From contig NC_068984.1 in NCBI RefSeq assembly GCF_001194135.2, forward strand, positions 4,684,694-4,748,693: a stretch of 64,000 nucleotides of DNA. The letters are read 5' to 3'. The notes below the pieces were generated by a model, which was given only the letters and a program-made list of their open reading frames with translations, ran no database searches and was not told the origin of the DNA. Source of the DNA: Octopus bimaculoides. Lineage: Eukaryota. The position numbers and the translations under genes were made by a program. Shown piece by piece: positions 51,628 through 64,000 of this stretch. Within the stretch, counting starts at the first letter, position 1; every line of letters starts with the position of its first letter.

Positions 51628-54219
51628 GTGGGGGAGCATCATAGCCATGTGTTAAGAGGAATTCTTTGGGGTTTGAATAATTCACTTTTGGAAACATGGG
51701 TGTTTTGCTCAACATCCTTAAACAAACCTTATTCAGGGACCTTTTGAGCAGGATGGGCTACTCGACCTGAAGAAGATTCCAACTGGGCTCCATCTGTAAG
51801 GTCCTGCGCTGTTTATCATGATATGAGATCACCATGTCGCGCACATATGGTTGTGATGCATGAGCCTCGTCTACCCTTATCAGATGGGTAGTCGTGATGG
51901 GTATACTGGGCTTCGTATATTTTACCTCAGTGTCACTTTGATGGCATTCACTGCTCTCTCACTCAATAATAATAATAATAATAATGAGCCATTAAGGTAT
52001 TTTTCTGTTTGAGCCAAAATCTAAGGATATTGTTTACTGAAAGTATTATTGAGCACCGTCTCCATATCTCGTCAGGCTGTGAAGCAGCTCTGTTGGTGTT
52101 TCGGCCCCTTCCGCTGTGACACATGAGCTGCTTGGGGGCCACCCAGCAATGTAAACAAGAAGACTCCTATATAACAGCTTGAACTTTGTTGAGTCAGGTG
52201 TTGTGACTCTGGGCCAGATGTTTCCCCCCATCCTCAGTTGTCCAGTCTTGTTGCTCCACCTGTCCTTTCTCTCTCGAACTAGATTTAATGGTTAGCTTTC
52301 TCAGTAGCTTCCTATGGTGAAAGACTAAACAAAGTGTAGGTGTTAGCTAAATTAGGTTAGAGGTCAACAACCATTCCATTCTTGAAACCTTCATGACATT
52401 AAAATGTCTGCTACTGGCCGAATCATTACTGAACCAAAAAAATGTATTTTGGTTGCTTAGAGAACTGATTCAAGATTTTACTAAATCTCCTCATTTCATC
52501 AATTTTAGCTGGGATTTTCCAAACATCTTAGATTATTAGACTTATATAAAGATACCTTTTAGATGATGTCTTGGCGTCGTAAATGGTTTGTCATTCTCTT
52601 TTTTGACCTCCACCTCCCCAACATTTTCTTGTTGTATTCTCTTTAGATGACACATTTTTCTAAACATCTCTCGTACTTTAATTTGAGAGTGAACTCTAAT
52701 GTTCTGACACTTGGTTACATGATGTACTTTGGTGATTGATAAAAGGAAAATAAATAAATAAAACGAGCAAATGACAAAACGTCATCTTTTATAAAACTTC
52801 TTGGGAAATAAGAAATCCTAACTCCTTTCATTTCCAATTATTGTTTCTGTAGCCAGATTGAAATGTCTGAAGAATTTGTTATTAGTTGCTCTGTGTCCAT
52901 TGTTGCTCTACTTAGTTGATTGGAAGTCATTCACTCCACCACTCATTCAAGTCCGTGGTGATCCTTTCAACCAAACGTTGTTGATCCATTAACCTATTTT
53001 AGACATAATAATTATTGTTGTACAAATGTGTTTGTTATGAAGAAATTAAACTTGCTATTTAATTTGATTGGTTTTGTTGTAAATGCATTTTTTTTCTTTT
53101 TGTAGCACACTTTGCTTTAGATGTAAGCCTCATCAAAATATATAGGCCAATTGGTGCATTTAATCAGTAAAGATGCAACCTTTTTTTATCAATTCATGAG
53201 AAAGTAAAAAGTTCTCATTAAACAAGACTACATCCCATCACACTGTACAGCTTGGTCACCATTGATGCTCTTTGATGGTCTCTTTTTTCTTTAGTTTGAC
53301 TGTACTACATCTAATTATGGAGTAGATGGTTGACAAATCAATTTAGAGAATAAAAAAGACAAACAAGCAATTATATTATTTGTTAGTATTTCTGACGGTG
53401 ACGGTCGTGGTGGGCATGTGACTGGGCGAAATGATAAACTAGGCATCTCTTTCAATGTAAACTTCATGACCTTTTGATCTTGTTTCTGCTTTTCTCGCAA
53501 GAAAACTGGAAACCGGTTTCTTCAATTCCTTTCCAATGACCAAAAAAACCTGTTCTCAGAACATTCTTGGATCCAGCAGGGGTTTCAGGAATTTTGTCAA
53601 AGTTCAGTTATTGTCTGTTGTTTACAGAATAAATCCATGACTTTTCAAATTATTTTTGACTTTACTAAATTCTTGTCACTAAATGACTTCCATTTTCCCT
53701 TCCATTTTCTAATGTTGAGGCGATCAGCCTAAAGAATGCTTCCTTACCCTAACCTCCACTGTTACCACACGCCTTTCTGTGTTGTTCCCTTCAACACTTG
53801 ATCTACACACGTGTGTGTGTGTGTGTGTGTGTGTCCAAGCAAAAAAACTATTATTTACAAAGATATGCTTCCAACAATTAATTGAAATTAGTTTTATTTT
53901 TTATTTATTATTTGAGAGACATTCAAAAGGGTTCCATACCATGGACTTCCCTTTGATGTCTTCTTCAGTTTACCAATAAATAATGGTTTACCAAGGAGAG
54001 CAATGTCTTGCAATTCTTCACCTTTGATCCCATAAAGGAAGAATTACTTTTATCATTTCAATAGTCTGATGAAATCAATAGTCTTTGCTTCAATCATAAA
54101 CTCTCTTCAATATCAATTCCTTCCATTGAACTTCAAAATATTTTGACCTCTATTCTTCCTGAAGGTCAAATATTATTTAGTATAAGCTCCATCAATGTTT
54201 GTTTACAAATTTTTTGTTT

Positions 54220-54250
54220 ATTAAATATTTTTTGTGAGTGTTTTTGTTAC
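54220..54250 (+). terminator. Possible GRIPAP1 polyadenylation signal
   Basis: ATTAAA at 54220-54225 followed by a GU/U-rich tract at the end of AT-rich unique sequence (about 52300-54300) that could be 3' UTR. Several other AATAAA candidates exist upstream. Confidence 0.2.
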
Positions 54251-57200
54251 ATTTAAAAAAATACAAGATCAATATATTGTGAGTTAGAGATACTTTATTC
54301 ATGAAATGCTTTGGTCACTCTGTAATATGTCCTCAAGTGACCTCCCCTCACAATGACGACTATAAAATCTAAAAGCTGCAACAATACACATTACAGCAGA
54401 TAATTATTCAAATTAATTGATCACAGTAACTATTTGTCTCATTATCGAAACTTTCATTAATTTATCTGTTGTCATCGATGACGAAGGGCAATATCACATG
54501 GGAGAGGAAGACGGTGCCCAGTATGTCCAACTGTGGCCAATCAGTCCAATGCATTCTCAGAAAGAGAGAGAGAGAGACTGAAAGTAACGATTTGGCTCAG
54601 GACTTGTGCACTTTTCTTTCTGACCCTACAGTCCTGTTCTATTCATAGGAGATGGCACCTCGGTTGGTGTAGCTTTACCAGGCAGGGCAGTTATGTGCTT
54701 GTGTTTCTCAGATGTTGGGGGTTGATCTCATTCTTCAAACCAGTCACACAGGTAATTGTACGTGTGCTAGTTTCGGAATCAGTGCTTTGATTGTTATCGG
54801 GTCACCTGCTTCCAAGGAAAGGGATGAAGTCCCACTCCCTTATACAGCTTGGAAACTGGGTTTGCCTTATGAGTTTTGCAATATTATGAGACCTTGATCT
54901 CTGCTGTTAGGAAACTTACAAATTGTGACAAACCTAATACCAGTAATTATATTGGGGATATGTTTTGAACTAAAGAGTGTAACTTTTGTGGTGGTGGTGA
55001 TGGGTCTCTTTTGCTCTGTTCATACATATCAAGTATGTTTTATGTTCACCCTTTAGCTTTCAGATTATCCTGTCAAATGTAATTAGCTTATTAATCCGCA
55101 TTGTTTTCAATTAATCCTGGATTATCTTGTAGCTTCTGTGGTAGTTTAGTTTTAGAATTACATTATTGTAGAGTAGGTGTGAGGGGTCAAATTCGGCCAG
55201 TTTGGGCATAAAGCAGGTAGAATATATTTTGGCCAGATATGGATGGATTTAAATGCCAAAGGGTTCCTGAAAATGTAGAAGCTATGGGAAATATGAAAGC
55301 ATTTTAAGACTTAATCTCAAAATGGATAAAGCTGTAAATATTAATATATTGCGTTAAAATATTACTTGGATAAAAAAAAAAAGGCTCAAAAGATCCTCAA
55401 GGTTACCTGTGAGAGTTGGACTTGCATCTTCTGTACCTATGTCCTGTTCTTTTTTTGCACCCATAGTAGTGAGGTCGCCATGTCGCTTGTAAGGTTATGA
55501 ACCGCAAAGTAGGCGGATTTACGTCAGATGGCGGCAGGGTTTAAGGTATAAGAGATGAGATGAAAGAAGGGTCAAGAGAAGTACAAGTTCCTTGCTGTAG
55601 AGGGGTCACATAGCTGCTTGCGTTTTAGAAGAGAGGCAGGAGTGATTGAGATGGAGCTGGGGAAAGCTAATGGTGATTAGGTGTGTGTATGGACCCTGAA
55701 GATACTAGGTGGGAAGAAGTAAGTAGGGATAGAACCAGGAGTGTGGGTGGGTGGAGGTTGTAAGAGAATTAAGCGAAAGATGGGAGATGGGTGAGGACGT
55801 GTATATCATGAATGAATGAATGAGTGTTGAGGTTGAGGGACAAGTACGGGAAGTAGGGAAGACTAGGTGACAACTGCAGAGACTGGATAGCGTTGAGAGA
55901 TGGATATAGTGAGTAGTGGATAAGGAGTAGGGAATGAGAGTATTAAATATACGTGTATATATATTATATATGTATATATACATTAAAATGTAGGTAATGG
56001 GCAAATTAAGAAGATTATGTAACAGTAAAATATCTCAATATGATAAAGTAGAAAATAAATATTCATTATAACATAAATATATCTAAATAAAAACGAAATT
56101 CTGTCTGTCCGTCTGGGACCCCCGTATCACAGCCTACATTTGATCTGCACAGACATATCATACTTATTTGGAATCAGGATGATCCCAGGATTGAAAATCT
56201 CTTCATTTGGTTCTTGAACATCCAGCATTGATTCTGATTTAAAAGCATTTGGGTTGCTATTTCTAGCAGGTAAAGCTTGGCTGATTCATGCCATCTTGAT
56301 TGGCGTTTGTCAGATGACGTCAGAGATCAAGGGAAGATGAATGACATTCACTTCGTTATTTTACATCGAGATAAGAACTTTGGGACAAATTGGCCAACAG
56401 TTGGAATTCAACATGGGACTGGAACAATAGAATGATTGCATTACAGAATTAATTCTCATCCATCTTTAACCCCTGATCAAATACCACCAAGACATATAAT
56501 CATTATAGCTGTATTTCAGTCATGCGCTTTAGTTTTGGGCAGCAGACCCAATTAGCCCTCCGCACGGAGTACGGCTTTTAAGCTCGTTGAAAATATTTTG
56601 AACTGAAATCCCAGTATGTTCCGTGCTGTGGGATCGAGCCCATATCTATACGGTAGTGAAGGGAACATCTTATCTACAGTTATACTTGCTCGGATGCACC
56701 TACACACACACACATAAGCGTTATGTTTATAGAACTGTTGAGTATTTTAGTATTAGCAGTGACTGCTTTATACGACCTACCATTTTGGTAGTCGTACCTA
56801 TGGTTATTGCCAAGATCGAGAATTTCTTGGCCATCACTTTGGTTTCTCAGGTCATCAAATTTCTGATATATCATCTGTCCATCAAATTCTACTTTGTCTC
56901 CATATATGGTCTCTTACATTAACCCCCCCATCAAAAAAAAAANNNNNNNNNNNNNNNNNNNNNNNNNNNNNNNNNNNNNNNNNNNNCCCCCCCCCCCCGA
57001 TCTGACTGGACATCATTCGAAAATACGCGATGTGTTTCTTATAATTTGATTGGTCATACTTTGCTAACGCCATCATTCAGTTTGAAAGATCCTGTTTGCT
57101 TACGTACACTATATTTGCAAGGAAAACTGTCCGGATTAAAATCGAGGCAAAGATTGACTACTCTTTTATACAGGTTTTCCCCGAGACCATTTTGCTCAGT

Positions 57201-58454
57201 TATTTATGCAACCTAATATCATCCATCAGACGATATTTGCTGAATTTTATTTTCCCGCCTTCATACATCCTTCTCATTCACTGACCATCATTCTGTAACC
57301 CAGCAACATCGCATTTCGTATGAACAGCTTAACAATCTGCCTGCTACTCGGACAAAGAATCCATGTAATTGCTAGAAGAGGTAATTGCTCCTTGAATTTT
57401 ATCTACTCCGTTCTGTGACCAATTTTCAGAACAACCGCCATCATTGCTGATAAGTTAATCCATACAAGGAAGGAAGACAACTACCTTTAGGGGGCTATTT
57501 TTGCATTTGAAAGAATCTACTGGGTTGTCAGACAAATTCGCTTGTCCCCCCCTCCTACTTGGTACTGTATCGTCACATGTCGGAAAAGAGGTAAAATTTA
57601 TTCAAATTTCAAAACGGTAAATAAATGTAGAGGAGGAATATTGCTTTACGAAACCATAAAATATTGCGATTAGAATATATAATCCCTGTTAATTCAAACA
57701 GCATGGGGAAGGATTAAAACATGGATAAGAAATAAAAAAAGACCAACAACAAATTTATATTTCATAGATACTACTACTACTACTGCTACAACTACTAATA
57801 CTGTGCATCTGAGTCCTTCGTCTCTTCCAGCCTACCAGTAATCCCGCCACACTTCTTGTACACCCCTATTTTGCACCAAGAACACCATATGGGATTCCTA
57901 CTGACTTCTTTTCTGCATCCTTTCCCAATTGGGTGGCGATTCGTGTCTCTTTGCGGATTAAATATTTCGTCTTTACGAGGTTTATGTTAAACCCACACGA
58001 CTCTAGTTAAAGCCTCTTGTATCCATCCATCCGCCTGTCTGTCCGTCCGTCCGCCCGTCCGTCCGTCCGTCCGTCTGTCTGTCTGTCTGTCTGTCTGTCT
58101 AACCATCTGTCTATCTATCTATCTAACCATCTGTCTATTTATCTATCTATCTATCCATCCACACACACAATGAAATGCGTCGAAAATGCTTCCGGTTTCA
58201 ATCACTCAACAAGAGGAATGCTGAAATAAAAGGGAAAATGAAGTCAAATTCCCGAACTATTTCAATTTACTTTTGCTTTTCTTTCAGCATGATTAAATCG
58301 TGTTTTAAAACGATAAAACCGGTAGCACATTTTGATAGAAATGCAGATATTTTCTTGTTTTTATTCGTGATACAGTTCTCAAACCATTTCTTTTCTTTTT
58401 TAATATAAATTTAACTCGCAGGAGACCTCTTAACCTTTTCAAAATGCAGACATT

Positions 58455-58832
58455 GTTGTTGGCACTCCGTCGCTTACGACGTCGAGGGTTCCAGTTGATC
58501 CGATCAACGGAACAGCCTGCTCGTGAAATTAACGTGCAAGTGGCTGAGCTCTCCACAGACACGAGTACCCTTAACGTAGTTCTCGGGGATATTCAGCGTG
58601 ACACAGTGTGACAAGGCTGACCCTTTGAATTACAGGCACAACAGAAACAGGAAGTAAGAGAAAGTTGTGGGGGAAGAGTACAGCAGGGTTCCCATCATCC
58701 CCTGCCGGAGCCTCGTGGAGCTTTAAGTGTTTTCGCTGAACAAACACTCACAACGCCCGGTTTGGGAATCGAAACCGCGATCCTATGACCGCGAGTCCAC
58801 TGCCCTAACTACTGGGCCATTGCGCCTCCACA
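58455..58832 (-). mobile_element. Full-length tRNA-derived SINE (partial copies near 17620-17900, 28790-29045, 61330-61480)
   Basis: Head ggaggcgcaatggcccagtagttagg..ggtttcgattcc with A/B boxes; shared tail ending gacggagtgccaacaaca. Confidence 0.8.
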
Positions 58833-59216
58833 TACACTCATGCATACGCACATATCTACATTTATGAAAGTTTCATACTGATCTTTAAGGTATACAAAGT
58901 TATTTAACTGTTATGGTTAGGCCACAACTAGATTCTTCCTAATCCCCAAATAGTGACATCTAATCTTCATGCAAACCCAGAATAGAGAATGGCTACTTGC
59001 GAAAAGTAGATAAAGAAGCAAACAAACAAATAAAACGGGAGTTCAAAAAGAACGATAAAAAAGCGAGAAAGTGGGGGCCCTTAAATATTTCTTTTGTAAG
59101 TCGAGTTATGCCCCGTAGATTGTCTGCGCATCTCCAGTGGAATAATTTTTAGAAAAGACCAGAAAAGATTCAATCTTAGACAATATGATTTTTCTGTCAG
59201 GTCTAATGTTTTAAAG

Positions 59217-59491
59217 CAGTGGTTTTCAAAATGGGCGGTGTTGTTCCCTTGGGGGCAGTGGAAAATTCTAAGAGGGCGTTAAAGAAAAGTGGGATGATAA
59301 TAGGGTAGCGATTCATGTAAAAACACCAAAATAATAGGTTCATTAGTTTAAGTTTTATTTGTGAAATACAGTTGCTTTGGTTTTGCTTCAGAAAGAGCGC
59401 TATGTTAGTGATGGTTAGTTGGGGTCGGGGCGCTAGGAAGGTGGCCAGGATGTCAAGGGGGCGGCAGTCCGAAAACGTTTGGGAACCACTG
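59217..59491. mobile_element. hAT (Charlie-like) MITE
   Basis: TIRs CAGTGGTTTTCAAA / TTTGGGAACCACTG; 8-bp TSD TTTTAAAG on both sides. Confidence 0.9.
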
Positions 59492-59953
59492 TTTTAAAGT
59501 CAAGTTTTTGTGTGCGTCAAGTTTGTGTGAACGTGCACATGTGTATGAGACGGTGAATTTATAGCAGCCTGTCTTCAAACGGTTTCTATGTGGTCAGTTA
59601 TCCTTCAAGGTAATACCCTATTTGCTAGAATGATTTGTATAATGTGCTTGTTTGTGTAAAAGGATGTTTATGGAAAAAAGTCCATGTCATCAGATGTGAA
59701 GATTGTGAAGTTCTGTCTTTGGAGATATTTGACAAATCAATGCGCCTAATATGTGGTGTACAGTGTTGTGCAAGTTAGCAGGCATGGCCGAGTGGTAAGA
59801 CGTTTTCTTCGCAGCCACATGGCTCTGGGTTCAGTCCCACAACGTAGCACCTTGGGCAAGTGTCTTCTACTATAGTCTCGGGCTGACCAAAGCCTTGTGA
59901 GTGGATATGGTAGACGGAAACAGAAAGAAGATTGTCGTACATATATATGTGTG

Positions 59954-60019
<66 letters not shown>

Positions 60020-60772
60020 CCGCTTGACAACCGGTGCTCGTGCGACTACGTCTCCGTAAAATAGCGGTTCGGCGAAAGGTGTTGATAAAATAAGTAGCAA
60101 TCTTAAAAGAAGTACTTAAGTCGATTCATTTGACCTAAAATTCTATTCTTCAATGAAATACCCCAGCATGGCCGCAGTCTAATGATAAAAGATCTCTATA
60201 AATTAAATGAAGGCCAGGGTAAGTGCTAGCTTGATGAGGGTGAAGTTTTTGTATGGGTTTGTATAAATTTGAAGAAACTAAATCCTGAATTTAGACGATG
60301 ACAAAAGTGCCCGAGTTTGTCAAATATGTGAGCTTTCCCCACTGTACAAAGTTGATATATCCTTGTCCCTTTGGAATTTGATCAACCCCTTTCAAGAACT
60401 CTTTACCTAATTTTGTAATCCTTGTTGAAGTATTTTAGTTTCCCAATATGGCGAGCCTATGAGGTGGATGTCAACTCGATGACGTATCTAAAGATCTGAT
60501 TAAAACCCTTGGATTTACTTGAACCGTATGTAAAGCTGAAGTTACCACCCCACATCTACCAGTCGAGAAAAGGCTTTCTATTGTTAAGGTTGGTGGCTGT
60601 GCGGTAAGAAGCTTGCTTCTGGACCACATGGTTTCGGGTTCAGTTCCACTGTGTAGCGCCTAGGATAATTGTCCTCTACTATAGCCTCAGGCCGACGAAA
60701 GACTTGTGAGTGGGTTTGACTGGCGGAAACTGAAAGAAGCCCATCATCATCATCATCATCTCTCTGTCTGTC

Positions 60773-60832
<60 letters not shown>

Positions 60833-60837
60833 AGAAC

Positions 60838-60891
<54 letters not shown>

Positions 60892-61706
60892 TCCCGTGAC
60901 TGCTTGGTAACCGGTGCTGGTGTGTTTAGGACACCATAACTAAGCGATTCGGCAACATACACCGATATAATAATTATCAGGCTTTAAAAAATGTACTACG
61001 ATTGTTTGAATCGACGAAAAAGTCCTTGAAGACGGTGCCCCAGCATGGTCGCAGTCTAATAATTGAAACAAGTTGCAGGTAAAAGAAGGTATCTCTATGT
61101 GGTAAGAAGCTTGCTTCCCAACCACATTCGTAAATGTCAAACGATGAAAATGAGTGCTCCGCATTGGTGGAGAGACTTTCTTTATTTGTGTATTAAGGCT
61201 ACCATTAGTTTCATGTTAAGAAATATATGTTAATAACTTAACAATTTTTCAAGCTGATCACACGGAAGAATGTTGTTCGTCTCCGTGTGTACGTATACAC
61301 GGTTGTGGCGGATGGTGGGTCTCCGTCGGTTTCAGTGACGTGGTTTCAGGTGTTCAATCAACTGGGTTACCTGCTCCTGAATTAAAGGGTGAATGGTCGA
61401 TTATTCCATAAGTACGTGTATCCTTAACGTAATTCTTAATCAGAATCTGTGTGACGAAAAGTGTGACAAAGTTGAAGCTTTTCAATTTTCTGCTGCAATT
61501 CACTTGAGCTTTTGTACAGTTTCCATTCAGCTAATTTCACTCACAATGTACGGATTAACCCGAGATTCTAAGAAATGACACTCGCGGAAGACTGAGGCAA
61601 AAAGTTAAAAATTACACATACACACAGACACTCTCACACACTCACACACTAACATATATACANNNNNNNNNNNNNNNNNNNNNNNNNNNNNNNNNNNNNN
61701 NNNNNN

Positions 61707-61738
<32 letters not shown>

Positions 61739-62189
61739 CACACTACATCATAGGCAAATAGTTATATATATATTTCTTTATTGCCCACAGGGGGCTAAAC
61801 ATAGAGGGGTCAAACAAGACAGACAAAGGGATTAAGTCGATTACATCAACTCCAGTACGTAACTGGTACTTATTTCACCGACCCCGAAAGGATGAAGAAA
61901 GGCAAAGTCGACCTCGGCGGAATTTGAACTCAGAACGTAACGGCAGAAGAAATACCGCTAAGCATTTCGCCAAATCTTCCGCAAATAGTTGCTTAAATAG
62001 AAACGCAATTTCTTGACTTCTCTTTTATGGAGTTGGCGACGTTTTTATAATGATACAAGTACGAGAACCAGAATTGAATGCTAAAATGTGAGCTTGAAGC
62101 AGTCGTCTTTGCACGTTTTGTTCACAAAGGTTTTATAAACGAAAGAACATAAGAGTAAATGTTTTCTTCAAACTTTCATCAAATATTAT

Positions 62190-62445
62190 GGAGATGTACT
62201 TGCATAGCAAGTGACCTGATCTGAGATCGTGTGCTGGAGCGAAAAGAATTGCAGCGTGGAAGGTGTTTATAAGCCATTTAAGAAACACACAAAAACCGTT
62301 AGATTCACTTCAACATTTAAATATAATTTGTCAAAATATTTTCGTCGCTTTGAGACCGCGACCTGTTCACCGACAAAATTCCGTGATGCAGCACGGAGTG
62401 TTTCTTAAATGGCTTATAAACACCTTCCACGCTGCAATTGTTTTC
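62190..62445. mobile_element. Foldback, probably Penelope-derived, element carrying the family D hammerhead
   Basis: Perfect 42-bp inverted repeat 62247-62288/62398-62439 and central hairpin ccgtg-atgcag-cacgg (62381-62396). Confidence 0.6.
62327..62377 (-). ncRNA. Type I hammerhead-like motif with G3:C8 core swap (family D)
   Basis: UUUGUCG-GUGAACA-G-GUCGC(GGUCUCAAA)GCGAC-GAAA-AUAUU-U-UGACAAA; 7-bp stem I, 5-bp stem II, palindromic stem III AAUAUU. Confidence 0.7.
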
Positions 62446-62646
62446 ATTAAATATTTCCAAAAGAATCCACACAGAGGAAACTTCGACAGAAAACCAGTTT
62501 TGGTTTAGCAGCCGATGATCGGAAATGAGTAACTCCGAGTAACGGAAATCGGAGCCTTTCAGTGATAATGTATTCGAAACTGTATTTGTATTGAGTTATG
62601 TAAAACAGAGACAGGGAGAGAGAGAAAAAAAAAAGAAAGAGAGAGA

Positions 62647-62692
<46 letters not shown>

Positions 62693-62929
62693 CAGAGTAA
62701 AAGAAGAGATGGAAACAACAAACTTTTACATCGTCTCAGAAAAATTTGCTGCATCTGATGAGGAATGCAGGACCATAGGAGCTTCATGCTAGACAGGAAG
62801 TAGTAGGAGAGAGAAACAGTGCTAGAGTGGTAGAAGGGGAGATGAATGAAATGAGGACAAGCGTGAAGTGATAGGATAAGATGAAGTGAGAGGGGAGTTG
62901 AAGGATAAGAAAGAGATTTCTGAACTAAG

Positions 62930-63330
62930 AAGAGATGGAGGTGTAAAGTATGAACCGTTGTCTCCTCTGTTTTCCGGAGATGTCGCACACTGATAAGTGA
63001 GTAATAGTGTTGAAGTGGGTGGCCGCAATGAAACTGCCGTGAGGAGTGGAAAGTCTAACGTTTCGGACAGAGTCTTTCATCAGGAAGTAGTGTTGATGTG
63101 GGTGGCTGCAGACATAGTTGCATACTTCAGATGTGCACCTGAAAGCGATCAGCAGTGCACCTGTTTTCCTAAAGTGTGTCGCAAAGTTTGCACATGATAC
63201 AATAAAGTTGGGCGATGTGTAACAGAAGTGCTAGGTAATGTGATATTGTGACATAGGTCCAGTGATGGTTGTAGTTACTAACAAAGAGGAGAGTGTAGCA
63301 TTTTCGGTGAGCGCATTTAAAAGTGCCTTC
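62930..63330 (-). mobile_element. Penelope-like element relic: frameshifted GIY-YIG endonuclease region
   Basis: Across frameshifts the minus strand reads GTFKCAHRKCYT..ITGP..YCIMCKLCDTL..GKTG..ADRFQVHI..ATHFNT..RKTEE. This resembles the Cys-rich GIY-YIG of Neptune/Poseidon-type PLEs (recalled consensus, not aligned). Confidence 0.65.
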
Positions 63331-63493
63331 TAGTGCATCCTTGGTCCTACGTTCCTTTTCAGTTGCAGCCAGGAATGAAATTAAAGAGATTTTACATTCG
63401 GGGTTGTAAAGCTGTTGTCTTTCTTTAATTTCATTCTTGTCAACTTTTTCCTGATGAAAGACTCTGTCCGAAACGTTAGACTTTCCACTCCTC
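63041..63493. repeat. Perfect 46-bp inverted repeat, each arm containing a hammerhead core (family C)
   Basis: 63041-63086 is the reverse complement of 63448-63493: ttc-CTGATGA-aagactctgtcc-GAAA-CGT-tagactttccactcctc. Stem I is weak. Confidence 0.8.
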
Positions 63494-64000
63494 TCAGGAA
63501 ATTTCCCTGTAGTCTTTCTGTAGATTTTTACTAAATAATACAAGTCTAGACCAACACAAGTCTATTTGGATTGTATTCTATTGCACGCGTGCGTATATGC
63601 ATGTGTATGCAATATATGCATGCATGTATGTATGTATGTATGTATACCTTTCTTTTCCTGATGAATCCTCTGTACCTCTTTACGCTGTTGCTCCCGCACG
63701 CATCGCTTGTTGTCGTTGTTGTTGTTGTGCAATCTTAAATCAACCTTAATCCAGTAGACAATCCAGCCATGACCATCCCCTGTTTTTCTCCAGACAAAGT
63801 GCAATCAATCCGCTCCACATCTTCCGAGTGTTCATCTTTAAAGTGGTAAGGTGCGTAATTTGGGATCACATTTTGGTTTTTAGCTGCTGTTTCTAACAGA
63901 TCGTGCAGCTACGTAGAAAACTGCTCACTGTCTCCTGTTTGCATGACAAGAACGAGAACAACAACAACAGTAATAATAACAGAAACGACGACAACAACAA

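Noticed and set aside
54765-54810. Minus-strand CCGAUAA..UGAUUCC-GAAACUAG hammerhead-like pattern (similar weak cases near 15555-15590, 59660-59695 and 62756)
   Set aside because: Multiple core changes are needed and there is no consistent stem I/III; may be chance or very old relics.
55470-56320. Isolated YY1-like (AGATGGCGGC) and CRE (TGACGTCA) motifs
   Set aside because: Single short motifs with no adjacent gene model; expected by chance.
117-63804. Most ORFs in the supplied track (poly-CV, HT, YI, poly-L, poly-H, X-rich)
   Set aside because: They are translations of microsatellites, N-gaps or SINEs, with no splice or codon support.

Overview
AT-rich, microsatellite- and SINE-dense animal genomic DNA with about 10 N-gaps. 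It is most likely Octopus; this is inferred from the tRNA-SINE repertoire and not proven. One protein-coding gene is present: a + strand GRIPAP1/GRASP-1 orthologue. I resolved 26 GT-AG coding exons between 5827 and 51034. They splice into one open frame of about 814 codons plus stop; the first exon(s) lie upstream of the window. The rest is repeat: CORE-, Meta- and Ceph-type SINEs, R4/Dong-like, Tx1-like and RTE-like LINE fragments, a Helitron 3' end, hAT and piggyBac-like MITEs, and Penelope-like element (PLE) relics. The main unexplained signal is nine type I hammerhead-ribozyme-like motifs from five unrelated repeat families. One family is a tRNA-headed (Pol III A/B box) SINE with a hammerhead tail. 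One motif has a compensatory G3:C8 core swap, and one family has U at core position 6. Also seen: a five-fold tandem duplication of a splice acceptor, a near-perfect 188-bp palindrome, and a doubled E-box+YY1 motif in an intron. All calls are by eye; no folding, alignment or database search was run.
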